The notes under the pieces were generated by a model. It was not told where the DNA came from. It did no database searches and saw nothing but the letters and a program-made list of their open reading frames with translations. This document shows positions 1 to 10,100 of a stretch of DNA of 64,000 nucleotides, piece after piece (the stretch's first letter is position 1; each line of letters opens with the position of its first letter). Source of the stretch: a virus; IMG/VR virus record IMGVR_UViG_3300008952_002784, positions 64,001-128,000 of that record; one strand, written 5' to 3'. The translations under genes were made by a program, and so were the position numbers.

Positions 1-348
1 AATTACTACGTCAAATTTGGCATACTTTGTAATCCCAACGTCAACAAACAAGCAACAGTGCAGACTGCTATTGCTAGAGTGAAAGAAATCTTAGAACTTA
101 GACACTTTCAAATAGATCAACCGATCCTGATAGATGACATTAGAAATGTTATTATCAACACACCAGGTGTTATCTCACTTATTGAACTAGATATTGGCCC
201 ACTGGCCGGAACAATAGAGAACAGAATTTACAGTGATACATCGTTTGACTTCAAGACATCAACAGTGAGGAATATGATTACTGGCCCACAAGGATCGATA
301 TTTGAATTGAGGTTTCCAACAAATGACATTATTGGTACAGCACTGTAG
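1..348 (+). CDS. Baseplate wedge subunit (T4 gp6-like), 3' end only
   Basis: Frame is open from base 1 (NYYVKFGILCNPNVNKQATVQTAI...). The C-terminal FQIDQPILIDDIRNVIINTPGVISL...GSIFELRFPTNDIIG resembles gp6/J-like wedge C-termini, and the gene precedes other baseplate genes. Confidence 0.6.
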   Translation, partial: NYYVKFGILCNPNVNKQATVQTAIARVKEILELRHFQIDQPILIDDIRNVIINTPGVISLIELDIGPLAGTIENRIYSDTSFDFKTSTVRNMITGPQGSIFELRFPTNDIIGTAL

Positions 349-359
349 GGAGATGAAAA

Positions 360-1904
360 ATGTATCTCATACTAACATCTAGCAAAGACACATACATTAC
401 AAATAAAATTATCAACGGCAAGTTTAGAGCAACTGATGCAAATGTCGGCCGCGCTGGAACACTTGATCTTTTCAAATTGTACGATGAGTCAACACTGACA
501 GGCGAAGATTCGCCAACAGAGCTATCCAGGATCCTGATAAAATTTGACATAGATCGCCTTAAGTCACTTACCGGATCGATACTTGACATTAGTAATTCAA
601 CTTTCAAATGTACTCTGAAGTTAAAAAATATACTTGGGGGCCATGCAACACCAAGTAACTATCGAATTGCTGTCTACCCTTTGTCTAAAAGCTTTGATGA
701 GGGTATCGGTCGTGATGTAATATCATTCAATGATATTGATGGGTGCAATTTTATTACAGCATCATACTCAAATGATACCATATCATCGTGGGAATTGACC
801 GGTGCGAACAAGCCAGGACTATTAGGAAGCAGTGATATTGACTACATATCATCAGGAAATCTACACTCAGCCGGAATTGAAGACTTGGGTGCAACACAGC
901 ATTTCGTAGTAGGCGATGAAGATTTGAGCATCGATGTTACAAAAATAATATCAGCAACACTCAAAGATGTAATTCCTGATTTGGGCTTTCGTCTATCGTT
1001 TTCAGGGTCAGAGGAGACAGACTCAAAAACTAGATTTGTAAAGAGATTTGCTTCAAGGCACTCTAGAAATCGCTATAATCAACCACAGTTACATGTATCA
1101 TTTGATGATACACTACACGATCATCATGAATCATTCTTTTTTGACGTAACAGGAACATTGTTTCTAAATAACTTTCATAGAGGACAGCCGTCTAATATAG
1201 TTTCTGGCAGCGGGTTGACACCAGTTGTGGGATCTGATTGTGTGATTGTGCGGCTAATGACAGGATCCTACACAAAATACATCACAGCATCACAGCATAC
1301 AGGAAGCTCTACTAACAAGGGTGCTACGGGTGTTTATTCAGCAACATTTGCACTTCCGTCTAGCACTACAGATATTGTAATTGGAAAAAGTCGTGTAACA
1401 GATTTCGCCAGAATTTCAGGCTCATTGAAATTTGATGAATTTTGGGAAAGCACAGATGGCAAAGTAGGATATTATACTGGTAGTTTGGAAATTAATTCTC
1501 CCAATAGAACAGCTATGAACTTTACATCTAGAAGGCCCATACTGAAAATAATAAATGCTAGAAGTGCTTATACCTCTAGAGACAAAGTAAGATTTAGATT
1601 GTTTGTTAGAGACTACAATGATGAACTAAATACTCCTGTTAAGAGACCGCTCAAGATAAAAAGTGAAGTACTTCAAGAAGTATACTATCGAGTGCGAGAT
1701 GCAGATACAGGCGATATACTGATACCATACGAAAAAAATAAAAATGGTACTAGGCTTTCATCTGATTCTGAGGGAATGTTTTTTGATTTTTACATGTATA
1801 ATCTTTTTCCCGGTAGAGTATATACGTTTGATTTTTTAGTAGTAGATCGTGGTGTTGAGTTTGTAGCAGACAATATTAGCACTAGATTTAGATTGGATGA
1901 ATAA
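360..1904 (+). CDS. Virion structural protein (N-terminal DNRLRE-like beta-sandwich), baseplate region
   Basis: 514-aa ORF with GGGAG RBS. N-terminal SSKDTYIT...SRILIKFDI resembles DNRLRE-type domains; many [S/T]GS motifs. Confidence 0.5.
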   Translation: MYLILTSSKDTYITNKIINGKFRATDANVGRAGTLDLFKLYDESTLTGEDSPTELSRILIKFDIDRLKSLTGSILDISNSTFKCTLKLKNILGGHATPSNYRIAVYPLSKSFDEGIGRDVISFNDIDGCNFITASYSNDTISSWELTGANKPGLLGSSDIDYISSGNLHSAGIEDLGATQHFVVGDEDLSIDVTKIISATLKDVIPDLGFRLSFSGSEETDSKTRFVKRFASRHSRNRYNQPQLHVSFDDTLHDHHESFFFDVTGTLFLNNFHRGQPSNIVSGSGLTPVVGSDCVIVRLMTGSYTKYITASQHTGSSTNKGATGVYSATFALPSSTTDIVIGKSRVTDFARISGSLKFDEFWESTDGKVGYYTGSLEINSPNRTAMNFTSRRPILKIINARSAYTSRDKVRFRLFVRDYNDELNTPVKRPLKIKSEVLQEVYYRVRDADTGDILIPYEKNKNGTRLSSDSEGMFFDFYMYNLFPGRVYTFDFLVVDRGVEFVADNISTRFRLDE

Positions 1905-4900
1905 TGGCGAGTAATAATCCATTCGGCACAGGACCACTTTTCTCTCCGTCAATTGTGAGAAGGCTGGCATCTGAGAATGTTGCATTCAAAGATATGACTA
2001 TCGACAACATGAGCCAGTCACTTCTTTCACCAACAGCATCGTTCATGCATGACCCACCCGGGTCTCCTCTCAAGTCAACCCAGCAAGTGTCTTTAGACTG
2101 GTCTAAATTTGAAAATCACACATTTTTTAATTCAGCAGAAGCAAATGTCAATGTTGCATTTGATACAATTATCAATTACTATCCTTTTGATGGCACTAAG
2201 AGAGAGCTAGATAAATTTCGTAATGACCTTACAGGTTTTGAAAAATATATACTGGATAGATTTCCAAAAAACTTAGGCTATTTGAATTTTTCTGGCACAG
2301 TATCAGGTGAGTCATCTAATGCTGGAACATTTATACGTATCAATGATTATGCTGGGACTACAATGCCGACTCTATCCAGAGATAGAACAGGTAAATCGAT
2401 TCTAGACGCCGGAGTAAATTCACTATCATTTGACTTTCACTTAAGTATACCAAAGAATATTGATCTAGGGCACTCTGTTTTGGTACAGAGGGTCAAGGAT
2501 AAGAAATATGGGTTTACCCTTGTAGTAAGTGAAACAAACGCTGCAGCTGTCTCTGGCGCAATTGAAGTAATAGTATCGTCAGGCAGTCATTTTATGAGTG
2601 CATCAATGGACTTGGCCCGGGGAAGATTCCAGCATATATGCGCAACAATAAACAATACTCCCGGCATTCAAAAGATTGAATTATACAGAAATTTCAAGCT
2701 TAAGTCTACATCATCAATGAGCACAGAAATGGGAGCTTTCGGCTATGCTGATCAACCGATGTTCATAGGATCAGGAACTGCACACGGGCCATATGGAGCT
2801 TCAGAGGGCACAACATGGGTACCAACAACATCGTTCTCCGGATCGATCGATGACTTTCGTATCTTTCATTCTGCTCGAACCCCGAAAATACAAGAAAGAG
2901 AAGCACATCGAAATGTTTACCCTAGCAAGAAGCTTAAGTTATATTTCAAGTTTAATGAACCTACAGGATCTTACTCGAACAACAGTATTCTAATTGACAG
3001 TTCAGGAAATTCACTACACTCAAACATTACAAATTATAGTTCAGCGCTAAGAGAGTTAGACACTTCAGGAATAGAGAATGCCGGACGAACACCCTTAGTA
3101 TTAGAGTCGCTAAGCGAAAATCCTGTTTTATTTCCAGCACATCCAGAACTTATATCACTAAATCAAGATTTGCTAACTTCTGCTTCTAGATATGACTATA
3201 ATAACCCAAATTTAATCACAAAGCTTGTTCCAAAACATTACCTTCACGAGGCATTACAAAATGAAGGTTTCGACTTCCCAGACCCGGAAATAGGCTCAGT
3301 TGGAAATGTCTACGGAGAGTCTAAAAACTTTCCTGGAGGCGGTCAACTAAGCCCACCACATCTAATGGCAACACTTTTGTTTATATGGGCTAAACAATTT
3401 GATGAGTTGAAAATATATCTAGATCATTTTGGCAGAATGTTGCATGTTGATTATGACGACAATGGCACTGTTGCTGATACATTCTTACCTTTTCTAGCTG
3501 AATACTATGGATTTTCATTACCAAACATGACAGCTCATGCATCATTAGGGCAGTACAATAATGGTGAAAATCTAAGACCGGCTTCTGAATTGCATGACAA
3601 CTCACTGAAATATGTCCAGAATCAAATTTGGCGAAGAATCTTGACCGATCTTTCAGAAATCATAAAGTCAAAGGGTACAATTCATAGCATAAAATCGCTA
3701 ATACGTAGGATGGGAATCAATCCGGATCAAAACTTTAGATTTAGAGAATTCGGCGGCTCTAAGTCTAGAAAAATTACAGATGTACGAGAAGCTAGAATAA
3801 CAACAACAAGAATGATATCATTCTCAGGATCGCAAGCAGTTGTTACAGAAGATCTCAACTCTCACGGTATTAGCACTAACAAACCGTTTGCGCAGTCATG
3901 TTTTCTTTCGGGTGCTAGGGTAGAGGTAGGTAAACCAGATCCAGCACCATATTTGCAGTCTATAGGCTATATAACATCCAGTGACTACTCAAAGATAACT
4001 GAGGGTGATAAATTCTTCATCACGTCTTCAGACGGGCAACGCCTTACATTTATATTTGCTGCTAATGCACCTGCAGGTACTAGTGGCTCTATAGAGACTT
4101 GTACTATAAAGATAGCGGGCACAAATAACAATCAAGCACAAGAGATTTATGAAGTTATAACGTCAAGCTTCAGCGGATCTGTTGGCGGAACTTATGATTC
4201 TGATTTAGTAACTGTAATACAATCTAGTAGAGAACGGCTAAACCTGGGTAATAATGCATTTATTTCTGGTACACACAGCCCGGATACAGCTGCTATATCA
4301 TTCCAAGATTTCTCTGGCGGTTCCGGATTCATAAAGCCACACCCGAATAAAGATAAATTTGGAAATCATAGAGATCCTCAAGCTAGTCCAAAAGCACCAA
4401 AGTCTGTACAGCCGTATGGTATACACGGAGTATCTGCAAGAGAGTCAGACGGATTGTTCACTTCAGGATCTTGGACATATGAGGCATACTATGCTTTCCC
4501 AGCAAGAACAGGTTCACTTTCATACAATGTTACACAAAGTTTGTCTAGAGTTTGTACAACAGGATCGGCGGGATCGATAACCGGTTCTGGTGCAATATTG
4601 GCAAACCTTATAGCATTCTCAGGGAGTTCTGATAATTTATCAACAGGCTCACTTACGTTGTACGTAAGGCCTGTGATATCAGGAAGTATGCTAGCACTGC
4701 CTGTTACAGGGGTGAACATATTTGATGGAAACAATTGGCACATTTCATTTGGAAGAATAAGATCAGACCTAACAGGGACTATTAACTCTTCTTCATACTT
4801 TCTTAGAGCTGGCCGCGCATCTAGTGATGGAATAGAAGAGTATCACAGCAAGAGTATTCTCTTTGATGATCATGATGGTACTAACTATTTTGAGTCTTTA

Positions 4901-5908
4901 CACAGCAGTTACAATGCCAGTGGTAGCTTTTTTGTTATCGGATCACAAAGTATTGACGCATATAATCCAAATGCTACAGCCGGTGGCTTTTTAAATGACA
5001 CTAACAAAAATATTCGCCCAAGATGGACGCTATTTGAAGGAAATGTAGGTCAAATAAGATTCTGGTCAAAAGATTTGAACGACACAGAAGACATGGAGCA
5101 TGTACGAAATTTCAAATCATTGGGTGTCTCTAATCCAAAGAAGAATTTTAACTTCGTAACAGTTGAGTCTGGCTCATTTGAAAGACTTCGTGTTGACATA
5201 TCTGCAGATCAAATAAGGACAGGCTCGAATTCCTCAGGATTTATTTCTTTCTTTGATTTCTCTCAAAATAATTTACACCTCTCAGGTACTGGATTTGAAG
5301 CAAATAAACCAGCATGTGTGCCTGTAACATTCCAGCACTCAATGATATCACCATACTTTGATCAAGCAATTAACAATCAAAAAATACGTCCAAGGAGTTT
5401 CAAGAATAGCGAAACGGCACGTAGAAACAAAGTAGAACAAGCACCTTTGCATAAAATACCACCCGGAGAAATTTCTCGAGATGATAAACGTTTTAGTATC
5501 GAAGTATCTTCTGTGCAGGCACTAAATGAAGACATTATCAATATATTCTCAACATTAGATTCACTAGACGAAATAATTGGGTCACCCAACCTTGTATTTT
5601 CTCTTGACTATCCGGACTTAGAAATACTGCGAGACATATATTTTCAGAGGCTGACAACAAAGATCAACAATAGGGCATTTTTTGAGTTTTTCAAGTGGTT
5701 TGATTCAACTATATCTGACATGATTGAAAAACTAGTTCCAAGAAAAACAAGATTTTTGGGAGTCAATTTTGTTATTGAGTCACATATGCTTGAAAGGCCA
5801 AAATTCACTTATAACTATAGCGATATATACTTGGGTGAAAACGATAGACATAGCTTGAAAGGAACACTTTTACTTCGTCAACTAGTAGCAACAATTAGGA
5901 AATATTAA
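1904..5908 (+). CDS. Large baseplate wedge protein (gp7/P2-gpI-like) with LamG/ConA-like domains
   Basis: 1334 aa. FLPFLAEYYGF...IIKSKGTIHSIKSLIRRMG matches the gpI/gp7-type motif. LamG-like segments: FQHICAT...FSGSIDDFRIFH and NWHISFGR...FEGNVGQIRFWS. Confidence 0.6.
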   Translation: MASNNPFGTGPLFSPSIVRRLASENVAFKDMTIDNMSQSLLSPTASFMHDPPGSPLKSTQQVSLDWSKFENHTFFNSAEANVNVAFDTIINYYPFDGTKRELDKFRNDLTGFEKYILDRFPKNLGYLNFSGTVSGESSNAGTFIRINDYAGTTMPTLSRDRTGKSILDAGVNSLSFDFHLSIPKNIDLGHSVLVQRVKDKKYGFTLVVSETNAAAVSGAIEVIVSSGSHFMSASMDLARGRFQHICATINNTPGIQKIELYRNFKLKSTSSMSTEMGAFGYADQPMFIGSGTAHGPYGASEGTTWVPTTSFSGSIDDFRIFHSARTPKIQEREAHRNVYPSKKLKLYFKFNEPTGSYSNNSILIDSSGNSLHSNITNYSSALRELDTSGIENAGRTPLVLESLSENPVLFPAHPELISLNQDLLTSASRYDYNNPNLITKLVPKHYLHEALQNEGFDFPDPEIGSVGNVYGESKNFPGGGQLSPPHLMATLLFIWAKQFDELKIYLDHFGRMLHVDYDDNGTVADTFLPFLAEYYGFSLPNMTAHASLGQYNNGENLRPASELHDNSLKYVQNQIWRRILTDLSEIIKSKGTIHSIKSLIRRMGINPDQNFRFREFGGSKSRKITDVREARITTTRMISFSGSQAVVTEDLNSHGISTNKPFAQSCFLSGARVEVGKPDPAPYLQSIGYITSSDYSKITEGDKFFITSSDGQRLTFIFAANAPAGTSGSIETCTIKIAGTNNNQAQEIYEVITSSFSGSVGGTYDSDLVTVIQSSRERLNLGNNAFISGTHSPDTAAISFQDFSGGSGFIKPHPNKDKFGNHRDPQASPKAPKSVQPYGIHGVSARESDGLFTSGSWTYEAYYAFPARTGSLSYNVTQSLSRVCTTGSAGSITGSGAILANLIAFSGSSDNLSTGSLTLYVRPVISGSMLALPVTGVNIFDGNNWHISFGRIRSDLTGTINSSSYFLRAGRASSDGIEEYHSKSILFDDHDGTNYFESLHSSYNASGSFFVIGSQSIDAYNPNATAGGFLNDTNKNIRPRWTLFEGNVGQIRFWSKDLNDTEDMEHVRNFKSLGVSNPKKNFNFVTVESGSFERLRVDISADQIRTGSNSSGFISFFDFSQNNLHLSGTGFEANKPACVPVTFQHSMISPYFDQAINNQKIRPRSFKNSETARRNKVEQAPLHKIPPGEISRDDKRFSIEVSSVQALNEDIINIFSTLDSLDEIIGSPNLVFSLDYPDLEILRDIYFQRLTTKINNRAFFEFFKWFDSTISDMIEKLVPRKTRFLGVNFVIESHMLERPKFTYNYSDIYLGENDRHSLKGTLLLRQLVATIRKY

Positions 5909-7152
5909 TGCCCACTACATCTAGAGTTAATTCAGGGTCAATTACAAGAGGAAGTGTTTCTTCTGAGAGTGGGTCTATTGATTTCCTTAGAGAGGGTGTT
6001 CATATAAGATCTTGGGATCATCTAATCAGAGCAACGGCTGTAAAAGTAAGGGTCGGCTCAGGTGGAAGAATTAAAGTCATCAACGGCAGAGTTCAAACAG
6101 GATCATTTTATCCGTTCAATGATATGGAGTCACCGTCTACTTTTGGATCAATGGGTTATGTATCTCAATCGTATGTGACTTCTTCTACTGGAATTATAAC
6201 AGAGAAATTTACACGCATTGAAAAAGAAAGGTCATCTGTAAGGATGGATTCACACCAGTCTGCTTCTGGATCTATTGCATCGATACCAAGTCACTTCATG
6301 AAATTTGACGATTATGGGCAGCCGCGAGACTTTCAAGATGGAACGCCGTTTTCTGATCAAACACTTTCTGTAGATCGCCACTCTAAAGGGACGATCAACA
6401 CCTCAGATGAAGTAGACTCTTGGAAGAAGCGTTCAGATAATATTTTTCGCGGAGGTGCTATTGAATTCATATCTAGCAACCCCAATACTATTCTTATCTC
6501 ATCTGAAATGGTTGATGCATCAACTTCTCGTCATAATGAGGGAGCAATTGAAATATTCCCAATCAGAGATGAAGCTTCTAGAACGGGTACCGAATTTCCA
6601 TTCTTTGCAAGAGGTGTTAGGGGATCAGTATTCTGCACTGATGAATCTACATTTGGGAATAGTCAGATAATAACAGATCAGTATGAGCCCTACAATGGTC
6701 ACAGAAAAGAGACTTATTTTTTAGACGGAATAGAGTTGTTTGGCGCAGATCTAATAGCATCTCGGAGTTTTGATGTCTCGGGATCTTGGTCTTTGCACTA
6801 TTCTTATCCATTTAATACCGGTACCCTGCAAACAAACAGCACATCAGATCAATTTGCAACAGCTGGCCCTCTTTCAATGCAGGGATTTGTAACAGATCAG
6901 GTTACAGAAATACGACCGTACATCGACAGCACAGACAAGCTTGAAGCTTTGACAAAGCTAGCCGAAGCATCATATGAAGATTCGAATGGCCGAGAAATGT
7001 CAATTGTAGATGCACTTACATATGTGTCATCAAATCTCAGCCTTAACGATAGTGACCTTGGCGTAAACCATAGATATGCAACTCATGGTTTCGACTATAT
7101 CAACACACCTATAGGGACAGACTCAATCGCATTCGGGGGTCTCAAGAAGTAA
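5908..7152 (+). CDS. Hypothetical virion protein
   Basis: 414-aa ORF, translationally coupled (TAATG) within the baseplate cluster. Confidence 0.5.
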   Translation: MPTTSRVNSGSITRGSVSSESGSIDFLREGVHIRSWDHLIRATAVKVRVGSGGRIKVINGRVQTGSFYPFNDMESPSTFGSMGYVSQSYVTSSTGIITEKFTRIEKERSSVRMDSHQSASGSIASIPSHFMKFDDYGQPRDFQDGTPFSDQTLSVDRHSKGTINTSDEVDSWKKRSDNIFRGGAIEFISSNPNTILISSEMVDASTSRHNEGAIEIFPIRDEASRTGTEFPFFARGVRGSVFCTDESTFGNSQIITDQYEPYNGHRKETYFLDGIELFGADLIASRSFDVSGSWSLHYSYPFNTGTLQTNSTSDQFATAGPLSMQGFVTDQVTEIRPYIDSTDKLEALTKLAEASYEDSNGREMSIVDALTYVSSNLSLNDSDLGVNHRYATHGFDYINTPIGTDSIAFGGLKK

Positions 7153-7154
7153 TA

Positions 7155-10100
7155 ATGCCCACATTCGGCCCAAAAGATGGTAATAAGTTACCATATGACT
7201 TAAAAACAATGTTCGTTTCTGAGAAGGGCGACTTATATCATTCATCAAACGATTTAGTTGCATGGTTTAGAGTTGTATCTGAGCCAGAAACACGAAATGG
7301 TACTTCTGGGTACGAAATGAATGCTCACTTTTCTGAGATTGCTGCATCTTCTGGTTCGTTTTCTGGGTCTATGAATGTCCCACCAGGATTCTCTTCAACA
7401 GAAGTAAAATATCTGACCGGCGCAGTCACATCAGGAAGAGGAAAATCAAGTTTGGATCTCCCTGCTATGGAGATTCTAAGACCCAGACGCGCTAAAACAG
7501 GTAGCTATTTTAAGATAACAGACTCAGAAGCTTTAAAAAATCTTTCTTTTGATGCCGGCGACGGTGGCGACAACAAAGATCCTGCATTTACATTTACATG
7601 CTGGGTAAAGCCACCAGCTAATACGTCCATAGTGAAGAATTCAGCAATTCATAGAGATGCTGTTAGACAATCCGGTACGATGGGATTAGTGTGGAAAGAT
7701 TATCAGTATAGTATGTGGATTAAGACAGGTACACTTGCCTGCTCGATATATCATATAACAGATGATCAAACAAACCCTGCAGGCATAGATAGAATATCTG
7801 CATTTACAGGGCAGGTAATTGGTGATGACCAGCCAGCTACATCTCATACAGGATCACTAAGGTCCGGCCCAGACATGTCAGCACAAAGAGGTCCATGGTG
7901 GCACGTAGCAGCAACATACGATGGGAGCCAAAGCGCGTCGGGAATGAAGCTATATGTAAATGGAATTCCCACACTAGCAGGAACATCTAGTAGATACACA
8001 GGGCCAACATTCTCAGGTGCTTCAGGAATGGTTCATACTGGGAGTGGGTTTTATATCGGTGCTGCAAGAGATGAAGATGACAGAGAAGTTTTCATTACGG
8101 GATCAATTTCTGATGTAGCTATCTGGAAGACAAACTTAACAGACGAGGGAATTAGAGCAGTTTATCATGCATCACTTAACGGAATGCGAAAAGCAAGATC
8201 TGGATATCTAACAAACCCGCCAAGAGTTAGATTGCATGAATATGATAATAAATACGGGACAGATACATACCACTATCCAGCAGCGAAAAGACTGCTAGGC
8301 GATGTTGACTTCAAGGGTAATAAGAAGTCTTGGTATGATGATACTAGATCAATTTATTTTCAATCACCATTTGCAGAATCTAAGATCTATTTTTGGAAAA
8401 GGCCAGAGCACAAGACAAAAATATCGCTAGAGGATAATCGTACAAACCCGCACAAGGTTCACTTTATATTCGATCACAATACTGGATCTGTGGGTGAAAT
8501 AGTCAACATTACTAGCGGCACTACATCTGGCACAGTATTTGACTTGACAGTAGGCATTCAAGGGAAGTATTCTGCTGAGAAAGTAAGTAAGGCATTTATT
8601 CGTGCAGTAAACGAATGTAAGCAACTTCATATTCGTGCAGAAAGATTCTACGACGACGATGACCCAGGAACAGTTTCACCTGTAAGACTAACTCAGCAGA
8701 ATGTGGGTAGCACCGGTAATACTGTCATCGGTTTGACAGGATCAGTCAATATTCACATAAAGAATGTGCCCTCAGGATCACCAGATTTGAGAACACCGAC
8801 TGGGCTGACAGACATAAAGAGATTCACTGGGGGTAGTGAGAGAAAAGTCGTCTATCCTATGATGTTACAATCATCAAGTATTTATCTAACATCATCAATT
8901 GTTAGCCCAAATCTATTTTCACCCCAGTCTCAAGCATCAGGATCATCTAATATAACACCGTCACAATGGGGCGGCGGAATTGTCGCTCCCGGGGTTGTCA
9001 AAAAAGGAGTATCAGATCACAGTGCCAGACACGGGTCTATAGACATAAACCCAGCACGTCTTTTCGAAAGAACAGGCATAAAATCCCAGACAGTCGAATC
9101 AGATTTAGGGCAATACAAATTACAGGGTTCTGGCACATTTGACCAGACAGAGTTCACCCGCGAAGTACTGACGCCGTTTGATGAGTCAGCACATCCGTTC
9201 TCATTTGACTTTAGACACAATAGGTTAGTTGATCCTAAACATAGCACAGATTTGTCTATGTCTGGCGAATTCTTTGGAACGGGATCAAACCCGTCCATTG
9301 TTGGTTATGGATTTGCTTCAAAATTGGGTTCAAAGCATGTAATTGAAATTGATTTGACGCCCACCACCGGATCAACTCAGTTAAAGTATACTACAGGCTC
9401 CGGTCAAATGACAATGGCATACTTTCAATTCAATGAGCATAACAAGGGCGGCTCACCAGCAAAAGGCGACGGACCAGACTATACATATTATGATGCAGAA
9501 GGGCCATCTAGATCATTTAAGGGAATTGGGTTGCAAAAGCAACTGCTTCTTTCTGCATCTGCATCTGACATTATTGACTCTGGTCAAGACGCTCCTGGAG
9601 GTCCAAGTAGCCCATCGACTGCTGAATTAAATTATTTTGTTGATAATCTATACGCCGGCTTTGGCCAGGGTACTTTGCAAAGATCTCATAATGAAAAGTC
9701 ACACCCGGCCGGCCCACGTGGTAAAGGCGCGGGTGTAATAAAGCGCACATGGGATAACGCATCATGGTCATCTCCAATAACTACATTTGGGTTTCCGTTT
9801 CATCCAAAGTATCATGCCACATCATCAATGACCTACCCACTGTCAGGTGTTATCGACGGTCCTTTCTTATTCGAAAAGGCAGTGTATGTATTTAAAGCAA
9901 GGACAACGGGTTCAAATGTTATCTCTTGGGGTGAGGGAAAGAATCAGGACGAAGACTGGGGAGGCCCAGATTACGGCGGCACTACAACAATTTCTGACTG
10001 GTCTAACTTGAGCTATGATACAACGCTCTCTAGCGCTCAACTCGGCCTTCAGTACCCAGCATATGCAAATCTTCCAGCGTACACATTTTTTATTCTGAAT